From: Squalus acanthias
Taxonomy: Eukaryota
DNA length: 64,000 nucleotides
Direction: 5' to 3'
Assembly: GCA_030390025.1 (NCBI GenBank)
Contig: CM059432.1
Span: 107,324,001-107,388,000, forward strand
Positions within the stretch are counted from its first letter, which is position 1, and each line of letters opens with the position of its first letter. This document shows positions 13,201-25,200 of the stretch, piece after piece. A model generated the notes under the pieces. That model saw only the letters and a list, made by a program, of their open reading frames with translations, did not search any database and had not been told where the DNA came from. Made by a program: the position numbers and the translations under genes.

Positions 13201-16200
13201 GAGGAGATTAATGCAATAGCTAGGAAGGACATCAGCTTGGAGGATGTGGAATCAATATGGGTTGAGCTGCAGAACACCAAAGGGCAGAAAACGTTAGTGG
13301 GAGTTGTGTACAGACCTCCAAACAGCAGTAGTGAGGTGGGGGAGGGTATGAAACAGGAAATCAGAGGTGCGTGCAAAAAAGGCACGGCAGTTATCATGGG
13401 TGACTTTAATATGCATATAGATTGGGCTACTCAAACTGGAAGCAATACGGTGGAGGAGGATTTCCTGGAGTGTTTAAGGGATGGTTTCCTAAACCAATAT
13501 GTTGAGGAACCAACTCGAGGGGAGGCCATCCTGGACTGGGTGTTGTGTAATGAGGAAGGACTAATCAGCAATCTTGTGGTACGAGGCCCCCTGGGGAAGA
13601 GTGACCATAGTATGGTGGAGTTCTACATTAGGATGGAGAAGGAAACAGTTAAGTCAGAGACCATGGTCCAGAACTTAAATAAGGGCAACTTTGAGGGTAT
13701 GAGGCGTGAATTGGCGAGGTTAAATTGGCAAGCGATATTTAAGGGGCTATCAGTGGAAGGGCAATGGCAGACATTTAGAGATCGCATGGATGAACTACAA
13801 CAATTGTACATCCCGGTCTGGCGTAAAAATAAAAAAGGGAAGGTGGCTCAACCATGGCTAACAAGGGAAATCAGGGATAGTATTAAAACCAAGGAAGTTG
13901 CATACAAATTGGCCAGAAGTAGCAGCAAACCCGGGGACTGGGAGAACTTCAAAACTCAGCAGAGGAGGACGAAGGGTTTGATTAGGGCAGGGAAAATAAA
14001 ATATGAAAGGAAGCTTGCAGAGAACATTAAAATGGACAGCAAAAGCTTCTATAAATATGTAAAAAGAAAGAGGTTAGTAAAAACAAACGTAGGTCCCCTG
14101 CAGTCGGAAACAGGGGAAGTCGTAATGGGGAACAAGGAAATGGCAGATCAATTGAACAAGTACTTTGGTTCGGTGTTTACTGTGGAGGACACACACAACC
14201 TGCCGGAAATAAAAGGGGTCAGAGGATCTGGTAAGAGGGAGGAGCTGAGGGAAATCCTTATTAGTCGGGAAAAGGTATTGGGAAAATTGATGGGACTGAA
14301 GGCTGAAAAATCCCCGGGGCCTGATGGTCTGCATCCCAGAGTACTTAAGGAGGTGGCCTTGGAAATAGTGGATGCATTGACGATCATTTTCCAACATTCC
14401 TTAGACTCTGGATCAGTTCCGATGGAGTGGAGGGTGGCCAATGTAACCCCTCTTTTTAAAAAAGGAGGGAGGGAGAAAGCAGGGAATTATAGACATCGGT
14501 TGTGGGTAAAATGATGGAAGCAATTATTAAAGATGTCATAACAGACCATTTGGAAAGTGGCGACATGATAGGTCCAAGTCAGCATGGATTTGTGAAAGGG
14601 AAATCATGCTTGACAAATCTTCTGGAATTTTTTGAGGATGTTTCCAATAGGGTGGACAGGGGGGAACCAGTAGATGTGGTGTATTTGGACTTTCAGAAGG
14701 CCTTCGACAAGGGCAACACGGTGGCATAGTGGTTAGCACTGGTGCCTCACAGCGCCAGGGACCCGGGTTCAAATCTGACCTTGGGTGACTGTCTGTGTGG
14801 AGTTTGCACATTCTCCCCGTGTCTGCGTGGGTTTCCTCCGGGTGCTCCGGTTTCCTCCCACAGTCCAAAAATGTGCGGGTTAGGTTGATTTGGCTATGAT
14901 AAAAAAAAAATTGACCCTTAGTGTTAGGGGGGGATTAAATATGTGGGGTTATGGGGATAGGATGGGATATGTTAGGGGGAATTAAATACGTGGGGTTACG
15001 GGGGTAGGGTGGGATGTGTGTACTGTGGGGATTAAAGCAGGGACAGGGTACTGGATTTGGATGATCAGCCATGATCGTATTGAATGGTGGAGCAGGCTCG
15101 ACGGGCCGAATGGCCTACTCCTGCTCCTAGACTCTATGTTTCTATGTTTCTATGTTCCACACAAGAGATTGGTGAGCAAAGTTAAAGCACATGGGATTGG
15201 GGGTAATGTGTTGACGTGGATTGAGAACTGGTTGGCACACAGGAAACAAAGAGTAGGAGTAAATGGGTACTTTTCAGAATGGCAGGCAGTGACCAGCGGG
15301 GTACCGCAGGGTTCGGTGCTGGGACCCCAGCTGTTTACATTATATATTAATGATTTGGACGAAGGGATTAAATGTAATATCTCCAAATTTGCGGATGACA
15401 CTAAATTGGGAGGCAGTGTGAACAATGAGGAAGATGCTAGGAGGCTACAGAGTGACTTGGACAGGTTGGGTGAATGGGCAAATGTATGGCAGATGAAGTA
15501 CAATGTGGATAAATGTGAGGTTATCCACTTTGGTGGTAAAAATAGAGAGGCGGACTATTACCTGAATGGTGGCAGATTAGGGAAAGGGGAGGTGCAACGA
15601 GACCTGGGCATCATGGTACATCAGTCATTGAAGGTGGGAATGCAAGTGCAGCAGGCAGTCAAGAAAGCAAACGGAATGATGGCCTTCATAGTAAGGGGAT
15701 TTGAGTACAGGAGTAGGGAGGTGATGCTGCAGTTGTACAGGGCCTTGGTGAGGCCACACCTGGAGTATTGTGCGCAGTTTTGGTCTCCTAACTTAAGGAA
15801 GGACATTCTTGCTATTGAGGGAGTGCAGCGAAGGTTCACTAGATTGATTCCTGGGATGGCCGGACTGACATATCAAGAAAGATTGGGTCAACTGAACTTG
15901 TATCCTCTGGAGTTCAGAAGAATGAGGGGGGATCTTATAGAGACATTTAAAATCCTGACTGGTTTAGACAAATTAGATGCGGGCAGAATGTTCCCAATGG
16001 TAGGGAAAACTAGAACCAGGGGTCACAGTCTAAGGATTAAGGGGAAGCCATTTAGGACTGAGCTGAGGAGGAACTTCTTCACCCAGAGAGTGGTGAATCT
16101 ATGGAATTCTCTTCCACAGAAGGTTGTTGAGGCCAGTTCGCTAAATATATTCAAAAGGGAGTTAGATATAACACTCACAACTAGGGGGATCAAGGGGTAT

Positions 16201-19200
16201 GGCGAGAAAGCAGGAATGGGGTACTGAGGTAGCATGTTCAGCCATGAACGCATTGAATGGCGGTGCAGGCTCGAAGGACCGAATGGTCTACTCCTGTACC
16301 TATTTTCTATGTTTCTATGTTTCTATGTTTAGCCAATGTGTCAAATTAGTTTTATGTTATTCCATCACTTCTTTAAGAGAATTGGTGGGACCCACATTTC
16401 GAGTATTGTCTAACCTTCTAACGGTGTTTGACCTACAGGTTAGTCAGACTACATCTCCATGGCATTTAGATTGTGTCAAAAGACTCCTGCAAATAAAAAT
16501 GCAGCGGAGCAAATGTTACCCAACCAATGAGATATCAAAGGGCATTGCTGAAGCAGTTAAACAAATGATTTAAGCTACACAAAGACGGACATCGGTTTGT
16601 ATAGATGCCCACTAAACAACATCATGGAATTACTCCAACTTCCCTTGCATCAATACACCGGTCAAGATTTTCTTCTTGGCCCCAACTCAGTGCAAAATCA
16701 CCATGTCACACCCCCTGACTCCGGCCCATTCCCTTAGGTCAGGCTCATAAGAATAAGTTCAGCAGGCTCCTGGCATGATTCTCCATCTGCGTTGGGGCCA
16801 GCCCGCTTTAGGGGAAGGGGAGTAACTGAAACTTCTGCGGCGGGCATTGGCCTCTCGCTCCAGGATAGCAGGACCCGTCGCATCTGGGGCCAGCGGAGTT
16901 CAGTCCCCATGACTTACAATGTCCATGCTTATCGTGGGCAGCCACCCGCATCGGACAAATAGTGCTAACTATTTGCCATTACCATTGAATTAAATTACAA
17001 AGGCGCTGCTTACAACACAATGGCCCAGAAATTAAACATGGATGATTCCCGCGGGGGTAAGGATTCCCCGTGATATCGCACTCCGCGCCTACCTTTTTGC
17101 TCCGGGCCCACACGAACTTTAGTTTCAAAGGCTCTCTCTGTTGGAACCGTGCAGTGCTTGCGTGACCCAGAGGTGCAATTAGTTCGTGCGAGCTCTGGGA
17201 TCACGTGATTCAGTTAGAGCCAATGGCAGCACACCATCTTTCATTCATAGTTTTGACGGCAAGAGCTGTCAAAGCTATGAATACTACAAACCTCCAAAAG
17301 AACAGCTAAACCTCAATTAAATTTTAAAAAAAGCCATCACATTAATAAAATAACTATAGTTAAATAAATTAACCACTTCAAACAAAAAATTAAATTTTTG
17401 AAAAAATTTAAAATCTTTTTAAAAGTTATAAAAATAAACTTACCTTTCTTTAAAGTCTCTAAAAAAGATAAACCTGTTGAAAAAAATTTAAAATAACACT
17501 TAATTAACTACTTACCTTGTTAAAAGGGGGTCCTACGCCTGCTTTCTTTGTGTGTAAAATCTTCACCACTTACCTGCGCATTCAAAGCTGAAAAAAAAAC
17601 TAAGTGCAGTGCGTGCGCACAGCCTGTAGTGCGCACGCGGTTCACTTAGGAACCACCTCCTTTTCAATTCACGAAGTGCCGGTTTCCCGCGCATACGCAG
17701 TGCATGCAGGAAACCGGCAATTCGGGATCTAATATGCGAGAGTACACAGTGCGTACTCTCGCGTATTAGGTTTAATTTTCGGGCCATTAAGCGCTATTTC
17801 GGGCTATATGTGGAGGTGGAAGTTGTGTCATCTTTATGTTCACAAGTTGCCACCAGCCCCTTTTTAAGCCGTGGCTCAGTGGTAGCACTCTCACATCTGA
17901 GTCAGAAGATTGTGGTTTCAAGCACCACTCTGGAGACTTGAGCACATAACCTAGGCTGACACTCCAGTGCGGTACTGAGGGTGTGCTTCAGCACTCCAAG
18001 TTAAACTGTGACGTCTGCCCTCTCAGGTAGATGTGAAATATCCCATGGCACTATTTTGAAGAAGGGCAGGGGAATTTTCCCCAGTGTCCTGACCAATACT
18101 TAACCCTCAACCAACATCACTAAAACAGATTATCTAGTCATTATCACATTGCTGTTTGTGGGACCTTGCTGTGCACAATTTGGCTGCCACATTTCCTACA
18201 TTATAAGAATGACTACACTACAAAAGTACGTAATTAGCTGTTAAGCTCTTTGGGATGTCCTGAGGTTGTGAAAGGCGCTATATAAATGCAAGTCTTTCTT
18301 TCTTTTAATCCCTTTGAATTGATCAGCTCTGTAACAAAGATATGCAATGCTTACTGAATTGCTCAGATATGTCCTTGTGGCAAATCGAGTCTGCAGGGGA
18401 TTCTGGAGCAATAGGGAGACTCACAATCACCCAGAGATGGAGACAATCCACAAATTTACTTTTTCTATACATTGCGCAGCAGTTGTACCGTCCACTCCTT
18501 ATAGCGGGTTGTAAGCAGTTGGGACTGTATCAGAACCAAAGCAGCAGAAATACAATAAAATAAAAAAACACTAACCACAGGTCCTGGTAATCCAGCTTGT
18601 CCGATTTGCCCGGGTGGACCTGAGATACCCGAAGCTCCCTTAAAAACAAATGAGATGCAGTTGTTAGAGAACAATGAGTTCTATCTCCTGTTTATTATTT
18701 TAGGTTCATTTTTATACAAGGAGTGTAGATTATTTGATTGGCTAGGTCATTAAATCGGAGAGCAGGCTGTGCTGGAACTTTCTATGCACATTGACTGGGT
18801 ATGAGCCTGTCAGGAGGTCGGTGTGACAACCCATCCTGCTGTCCTTTGCTCAATGCTGATCACACGCAGGAGACAATTCCCCAATCGAGCGCTCACAGGG
18901 AGCGTCGGTCAAGAGATCGCGGGACCCCAGCCCATGATTTAATGCTTATTCCAGGGAATGCATTTGAATGTCACTTCTCACTGGGACCCCTGCTTGTTCC
19001 GTACTCTGAATGGAAAATTGAATGCAAATTTTTAATTCTTTAAAAAAAATAATAATTCTGAGGACGTGGGCATCGCTGGCAAGGTCAGCATTTATTGCCT
19101 GTTCCTAGTTGAGCTTAAAAAGGTGGTGGTGGGTCTTCTTCTTAAACTGCTGCAGTCCATGTGGTGAAGGTACTCTTACCGTGTTGTTCAGTAGCGAGTT

Positions 19201-22200
19201 CCAGGATTTTGACCCAGCAACGATGAAGGAACGCCAACATATGTCCAAATCGGGATGGTGTGTGACTTGAAGGGGAACTTGGAGGTGATGATGTTGCCAT
19301 GCACCTGCTGCCCTTGTCCTTCTAAGTGGTGAAGGTCGCGGGTTTGGCTGGTGCTGCTGAAGAAGCCTGGGCAACTTGCTTCAGTGCACCCTGTAGATGG
19401 TACACACTGCAGGCATGGTACACTGGTGATGGAGAGGGTGTAAGTTTAAGAGGGTGGATGGATGCTGATCAAGCAGATTGCTTTGTCACGGATGACGTCG
19501 AGCTTCTTGAGTGTTGTTGCAGCTGCACCCATCCAGTCAAGTGGAGAGTATTCCATCACACTCTTGACTTTAGCCTTGTAGTTAGTGGAGAGGCTTTGGG
19601 GAGTCAGCAGGTGAGACACTCGTCATAAACTTTGAAGGGTAGGTTTTGTTATCCCAGGCTGTCTGAGATAGGATCCCTAACGGAGACAAGGCACTTCCCA
19701 GGAGGAGAGAAGGAGATCAAAGGGGACATCAATCTGTCCTACGCTTACACATCTGCCCTAGCAGCCAGCTCAAGAGAGGCTATGGCAGAGGCCTGGGTCC
19801 CGGTAGCTTTATACGAACATATGAACAATGATGGACAGGAAAAGACTCACTGGTCCATCTAGCCTGTCCCACACAACTGTGATTCCTTGTGAAATAACAA
19901 CAGAAAACGCTGGAAAAACTCAGCAGGCCAGGCAGCATCCGTGGAGAGAGAAACAGAGTTAACGTTTCAGGTTGAAGACCTTTTGTCAGAACTGGAAAAA
20001 AGCAGGAAATGAAATAGATTTTAAAGCAAGTATAATGCTGGGAAAAGGGGGAGGGGATGAAAGAACAAAAGGGAAGGTCAGTGATAGGATAGAAAGCAAG
20101 AGAGATTAAGAGACATTGAGAGACATTAAGAGATATTCAAGGCAAGAGGAGGTGGTAATGTGACAAGTTGAGGAACAAAGGATGGCTCTAGATGAAGTGT
20201 GAAATGCGCTGGCAGAATGAAGGACAGCTGCCAGCTTCTGGGAGGGAAGAAAAAAAAAGGCCAAACAAAAGGGTGGATAAAAAAATAAAATAAAAATATA
20301 TATATATGTGATGGGGGCCGGGGTTATGATCTGAAATTGTTAAACTCTATGTTGAGTCCAGAGGGCTGTAGAGTGCCTAAACGAAAGATGAGGTGCTGTT
20401 CCTCGAGCTTACGCTGAGCTTCTGTGGAACAATGCAAGAGGCCGAGGACGGTGAGGTCAGAGTGGGAGTGGAGCGGAGAATTAAAGTGACAGGCCACCGG
20501 GATTCCTTGTGCATCACAATATATACCCTTCCCACCACACCCGAAAGCCATGTGATCTCCCGGGAGAGGTGGAAAAACAGATCAAAACCCAGGCCAATTA
20601 GGGGGGAAAGAACTGGAAAATTCCTCTCCAACCCCTTTAGGCAATAAAAACTAGCCCAGAAGATCACTCTGGCCCTGATTAATGTTATATAGTACCTGTA
20701 TTTTGTACGAGGTGATCTAATGGATAGTGCCAACTGAATGAGCATACACACATGGCGATGGCGGCTGCTAGGGTTCTTGTGTAGTTGTTTGGTGATACCA
20801 AGAGTTACCGATAGTTTGGCAGAAAAATTCTGTGCGTGTTCTCTTGGTTTTTGGCAGTGACTTCAACGAGAGGTAGGGAAAAATCCCATGGAATTTCAGG
20901 ATTTGAAGCTGTACAGAGGAAATTCAGCGCATTGCTCTGCCAGATCTTTATTATTGTTCATTATTAGCGACAGATTGGTTTGCTTTTCCTAACAACAACT
21001 TGGGGGGGGGGGGGGGGGGGGGGAATTCTACTCTGCGAGGCCGAATTCCGGCAGAGCGGGAATTCCACCCCAGCTCTCTGTGTCAGGCCCAACCCCAACA
21101 CCATTTTCCTGGGTCGAGGCTCATTTCACATGCTTGGCAGACTCATGGCGGGATTCCCACAGTCAGGAGAGAGTGCAAGCAAGGAAACTCCAGTCGGGGA
21201 ACACCACTGCAGGATCAGAAAGGGCAACGAGGGACCTTAGCGGGACGGAAGCACCTCGAAGCTCAGATGGAAGGCTCCCTCTGAAGGCCTTAGCCAAGAT
21301 TAAGGCCTTCAGCAGGTGTCTAGGCTGATTGGTGGGAGAGGAGGCCATTGGGGGAACTCAAGACCTTTGCCTCCAAATACCAGGACCAATTGCCAGCTTC
21401 ACGGGAAGAGACGGTAACTGCAGCAAAAAGGAGGAAAAACTGTCGGGAACACATGCCCTCCCCCCCGCCCCCCCAACTACATTTGCATGGCCAGAGGCGA
21501 TTCCAGTGCAGGTGGGGGAGGCACGCCTCACCATCCGAATTTTCCAACATTCTCCACCGTGATCCCACCTGATTTTAGGTGGAATCGTGGAAGAGAATTT
21601 CCAGCCTCCCTTTCTACAGCTCTTCTCAGGTGCAGGAACAGACCTCAAATCACTTTAGAAGGAAAAATCAGTGACGGTTAAACAGGAGGGTCAAAGGGGG
21701 GGGGTAAGAAGAAAGGAGGCTGAAGGCACACTCGAAGAGGAAGGTTTTGAGATGGTTTCTGAAAGCAGGGGCAAGGTGGCTCGGTGGAGGTGATTTGGGC
21801 AGCAGTGCAGAGGCTGAATAAGCAGCTAAGAATGATGGAGAGGAGGCTAAGAAGAAGCCTGGTATTAGAACAGAGAGCGAGTGCAGTTTCCTGGGACTCG
21901 AGGAGACCATTAAGATGAGATGGCTTGAGGCCATGGAAACAAGAATTTTGCAGACAGTTCACTGGTGCACACGAAATCAGAGCTTGGAGATGATGGCGGT
22001 GATAGGTAGTGTGGAGTTGAGAATGTGTGCTGTGGGGTTTTGAATGACTTATGGAGGGTTGAAGCCAGCTAGAGCAGCATTGGAGAAATGGAGCCTTGAG
22101 ATGATGAAGCCATGAGTCAGGGTTTCAGGAGTGATGGTGGGAGAGAGATAGACGCAGAGGTGAATGGTAGCAGTGGTCATTATGTGGGGGAGGAAGTTGA

Positions 22201-25200
22201 TTTTGGGTTTGGGCTATATTGTGACAGTTGACATAGGAATATTGAATGGGAAATGTTGATAGAAAAACAGGGCCAGAAATTGTGACAACAAGAAGTAGGG
22301 TTTGTGGACAGGAAGTACATGTCCTTATCTGTATGTAGGGAATCCACTTGCACTGGAGACTGCAAAACTTTTAGGGGGTGAAATTCGAAAGCGCATAAAA
22401 ATGGGCACCTGTTGAAAGGAGCTCAGGCAGCATGTCAAATTTGTGCTACCTGCTAATTATAATGATTGTAGCGCACAGCCCAGCGCTGAACGCGCTGCTG
22501 ACAGGCTGTACGCTCAGCAGGGGGCCCAACTTCTTGATGTTCACGCGAGGCTAGGTTTACTTAAAGCTAGCCTGCGCCTCTTAAAGGCAGTCTGCACCTC
22601 TTAAAGGTGAGCTGCCTTCTGCTGATGAAAATTTTTAAAAGTGCTTCTGCACTAACCCAAATGGCTCAACAGGCCAGGTAAAGGGCAGCCAAGGTCTCAG
22701 ACACAGCACTCGAGGCCTTTGTGCAGGGGGTGAACAGTGGAAGAGAGGTCCTCTAACCACAGGGGGCCAGGAGGCCCCCAAGAAAGAAGGATGTGGGACC
22801 AGATCGCCGAGACGGTCACGGCCAGCAGTGTTGCCCCCAGGACCCGACTCCAGTGCCCAAAGAAGTTTCATGGCCTCAGACGAGTGGCCAAGTTTAGTGA
22901 ATGCTTCTTCAAAAGCCGCCCATACCAACTGCACCACTAGCCTCACGCACTGCTCACCTACCAACAAACTGTACCAAACACGAGGCACACCTCCCATTCC
23001 CAGCTTCACCTCACCCCCTTGGAGGAAACGGTGCTGACCATTCTTGGCAGGGGCATGGCTGAGCCCTTGGCCAGCGGCGGGGCTGAAAGAATACAAGATG
23101 CCGGTATCCTCATACGTTATCCTCCTTCTCATATCCCACTTCCCCCCATCCCATAATATCTTCTGATTTACAAGCTGCACATAGTGTAAGCATGCAGCTC
23201 TTGCTTTCCCACCCTCCCCTCACCACAACCCTACCGTTGTGCCTTCCTAATTTCAGACACCCAAGAAATCCAGCCTGCCCAGCCAGTGGTTGACCAAGAA
23301 GAGGAAGAGGAGAGTGAAGAAGAAACACCGTTACTGAATTTGACACTCCCAGCCACCAACTCCTCGAGGTTGTCCTGCAAGGCCACTGCAGTGTACCCAC
23401 TGAAAGTCAGCAGCCTTCCACCAGCTATGCTGTAGCCACTGGGATAGCACTGCATGACATCACTAGGATAGGCAAAGGCATACACAAGACAGTCACTAAG
23501 GGAATGCACAAGGGTGATTAGTTGATTTTTTGATGTAATATTGGATGCATGTATAGATAAAGTTGGATTGGAAAGTTTGCTTTGTGGTGATTTTATTTCA
23601 GCATTGTGGCCAAGAGATGTGATGGTCAGTAACAGAGGGAAGGTAAGGTGTGGGACAAATGTTGAAAGGGGATTTGGGGTTGTGTTCACTGGGAACGCAA
23701 GCGGATGATTCCATCCTGGATATCCTGGCCAGAAAGGGGCTGTCGAGTTGCCTCCTTTCTTCTGCTTCCTCCTCTTCTGCTTTCTCCTCCTCCTCCCTCT
23801 GCGAGCAGCTTGTCCCCTTTGCTGCCTCTGCTCCATCTCTATGTCATGCTGTAGCCCAAGAGGGACTGCAACTAGAGCCCCCAGGACTAGGAGCAAGTGG
23901 ATTCTCAGAGGCCTTCCTTTAAGAGCCAAAGCCTTGCAAATGTCCAGCAGTACTCCCTGCACTCCCTTCACACTTTAACAACTTTTTAAATGTCTTACAC
24001 AAAGCCACTACTCAAATAAAATGTAAAGAAACCAGTACAAAAACAAAAATCTAAACCTGCCTCAAAGTTGTGTGTGTCCCTTTAAGAAGCTCTGGTAGGG
24101 GGGTCTGCTGTACAGCTGAACGCACATTCTACTGTGTGTGCTTTGGAGAGGGCGTTGAAAGGAGTGGTGACATCAAAAATAGCAGATCGTGCATCAATTC
24201 AGCGATGCACGCTGATTGACGTCATGATCTGACTATTACCATATTTGCAGTGAGCGCAGGCAATTTCAGCGCTGCCGACCTGCCCAAAATGCCGCTCGCG
24301 GCGTTCTGTGCCGGAAGTGTGTGGAAGCGAGACGGTGCCATTTTTTCACTGAAACTGGCCTTATCAGCCGGCACTAAGGGGCTAAATTTCACGGCCTTAA
24401 TCTCAGTATTCTTTGCTATTCTCATTCTGGCCACATCAGATAGGAATGTATAGGACAAGAAAAGACCATTACGGCCCCTCGTGCTGATGAATCAGTGTTC
24501 TTGGCCGAGTACATCAGTAATTGTTAAAAGCCAAGAATTAAGTTTGGACAAATGAAGTCAACTTTCTCTTCAACCCCCCGCTGCAGAATGCCCATGGAGT
24601 GGGATCCGACTGTCTCTATCTGCTCAGAAGGCTGTAATGGGGGGAAAATGAGGTTAAAAAAAATCTCTCAATTGAGTTGAACTTACTTTTTCACCTGGAG
24701 AACCCGGTTCGCCCTTTTCACCCTACAAATAAAGATAGAGCTGGTCAAATACTGTTGAACAAATATTTGGAGACTGATGCCACATGGAAGCTCCATAACC
24801 TGCGAATCAGCTTTCTGAGACACAACAACAGTGTCAGTGTTTGTTGGAAAGCACAATACCATCCAATGACTTGCTCAAGGGCCTTGCATAGAACTGTGTA
24901 GAGTGCTTGTAATCCCTCACACCCCTTCGAGGTTCAATTGCTCTTCTCTGGGCAGTTGACTAGGTAAGGCCAGCCCCTTCCCCAGAGAAAGGATCAGAAG
25001 TTCTGTTTTGATCGGGTGCCTTCCCATGCTGCATGGGTATGGTGGCCTAGTGGTTATGGTACTAGACTAGCAACCCAGAGGTCAGGTGTTCAAATCCCAC
25101 CATAGCAAGTTATGCAATTGAATGTAATAAATATGGTAATTTGTGGGGTGGCACCAGAATAATTATCATGAAAGCTGCCAGATTGTTATAAAAAGCCAAC

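Noticed and set aside
14712..14790. tRNA-like sequences here and at 17868 and 43580
   Set aside because: They are SINE heads continuing into SINE bodies, not tRNA genes.
13110..16253. Multiple minus-strand ORFs over the CR1
   Set aside because: Antisense shadows of ORF2.
21002..21023. Poly-G run as a functional element
   Set aside because: Likely an expanded MITE terminus or homopolymer slippage; its length may be a sequencing artefact.
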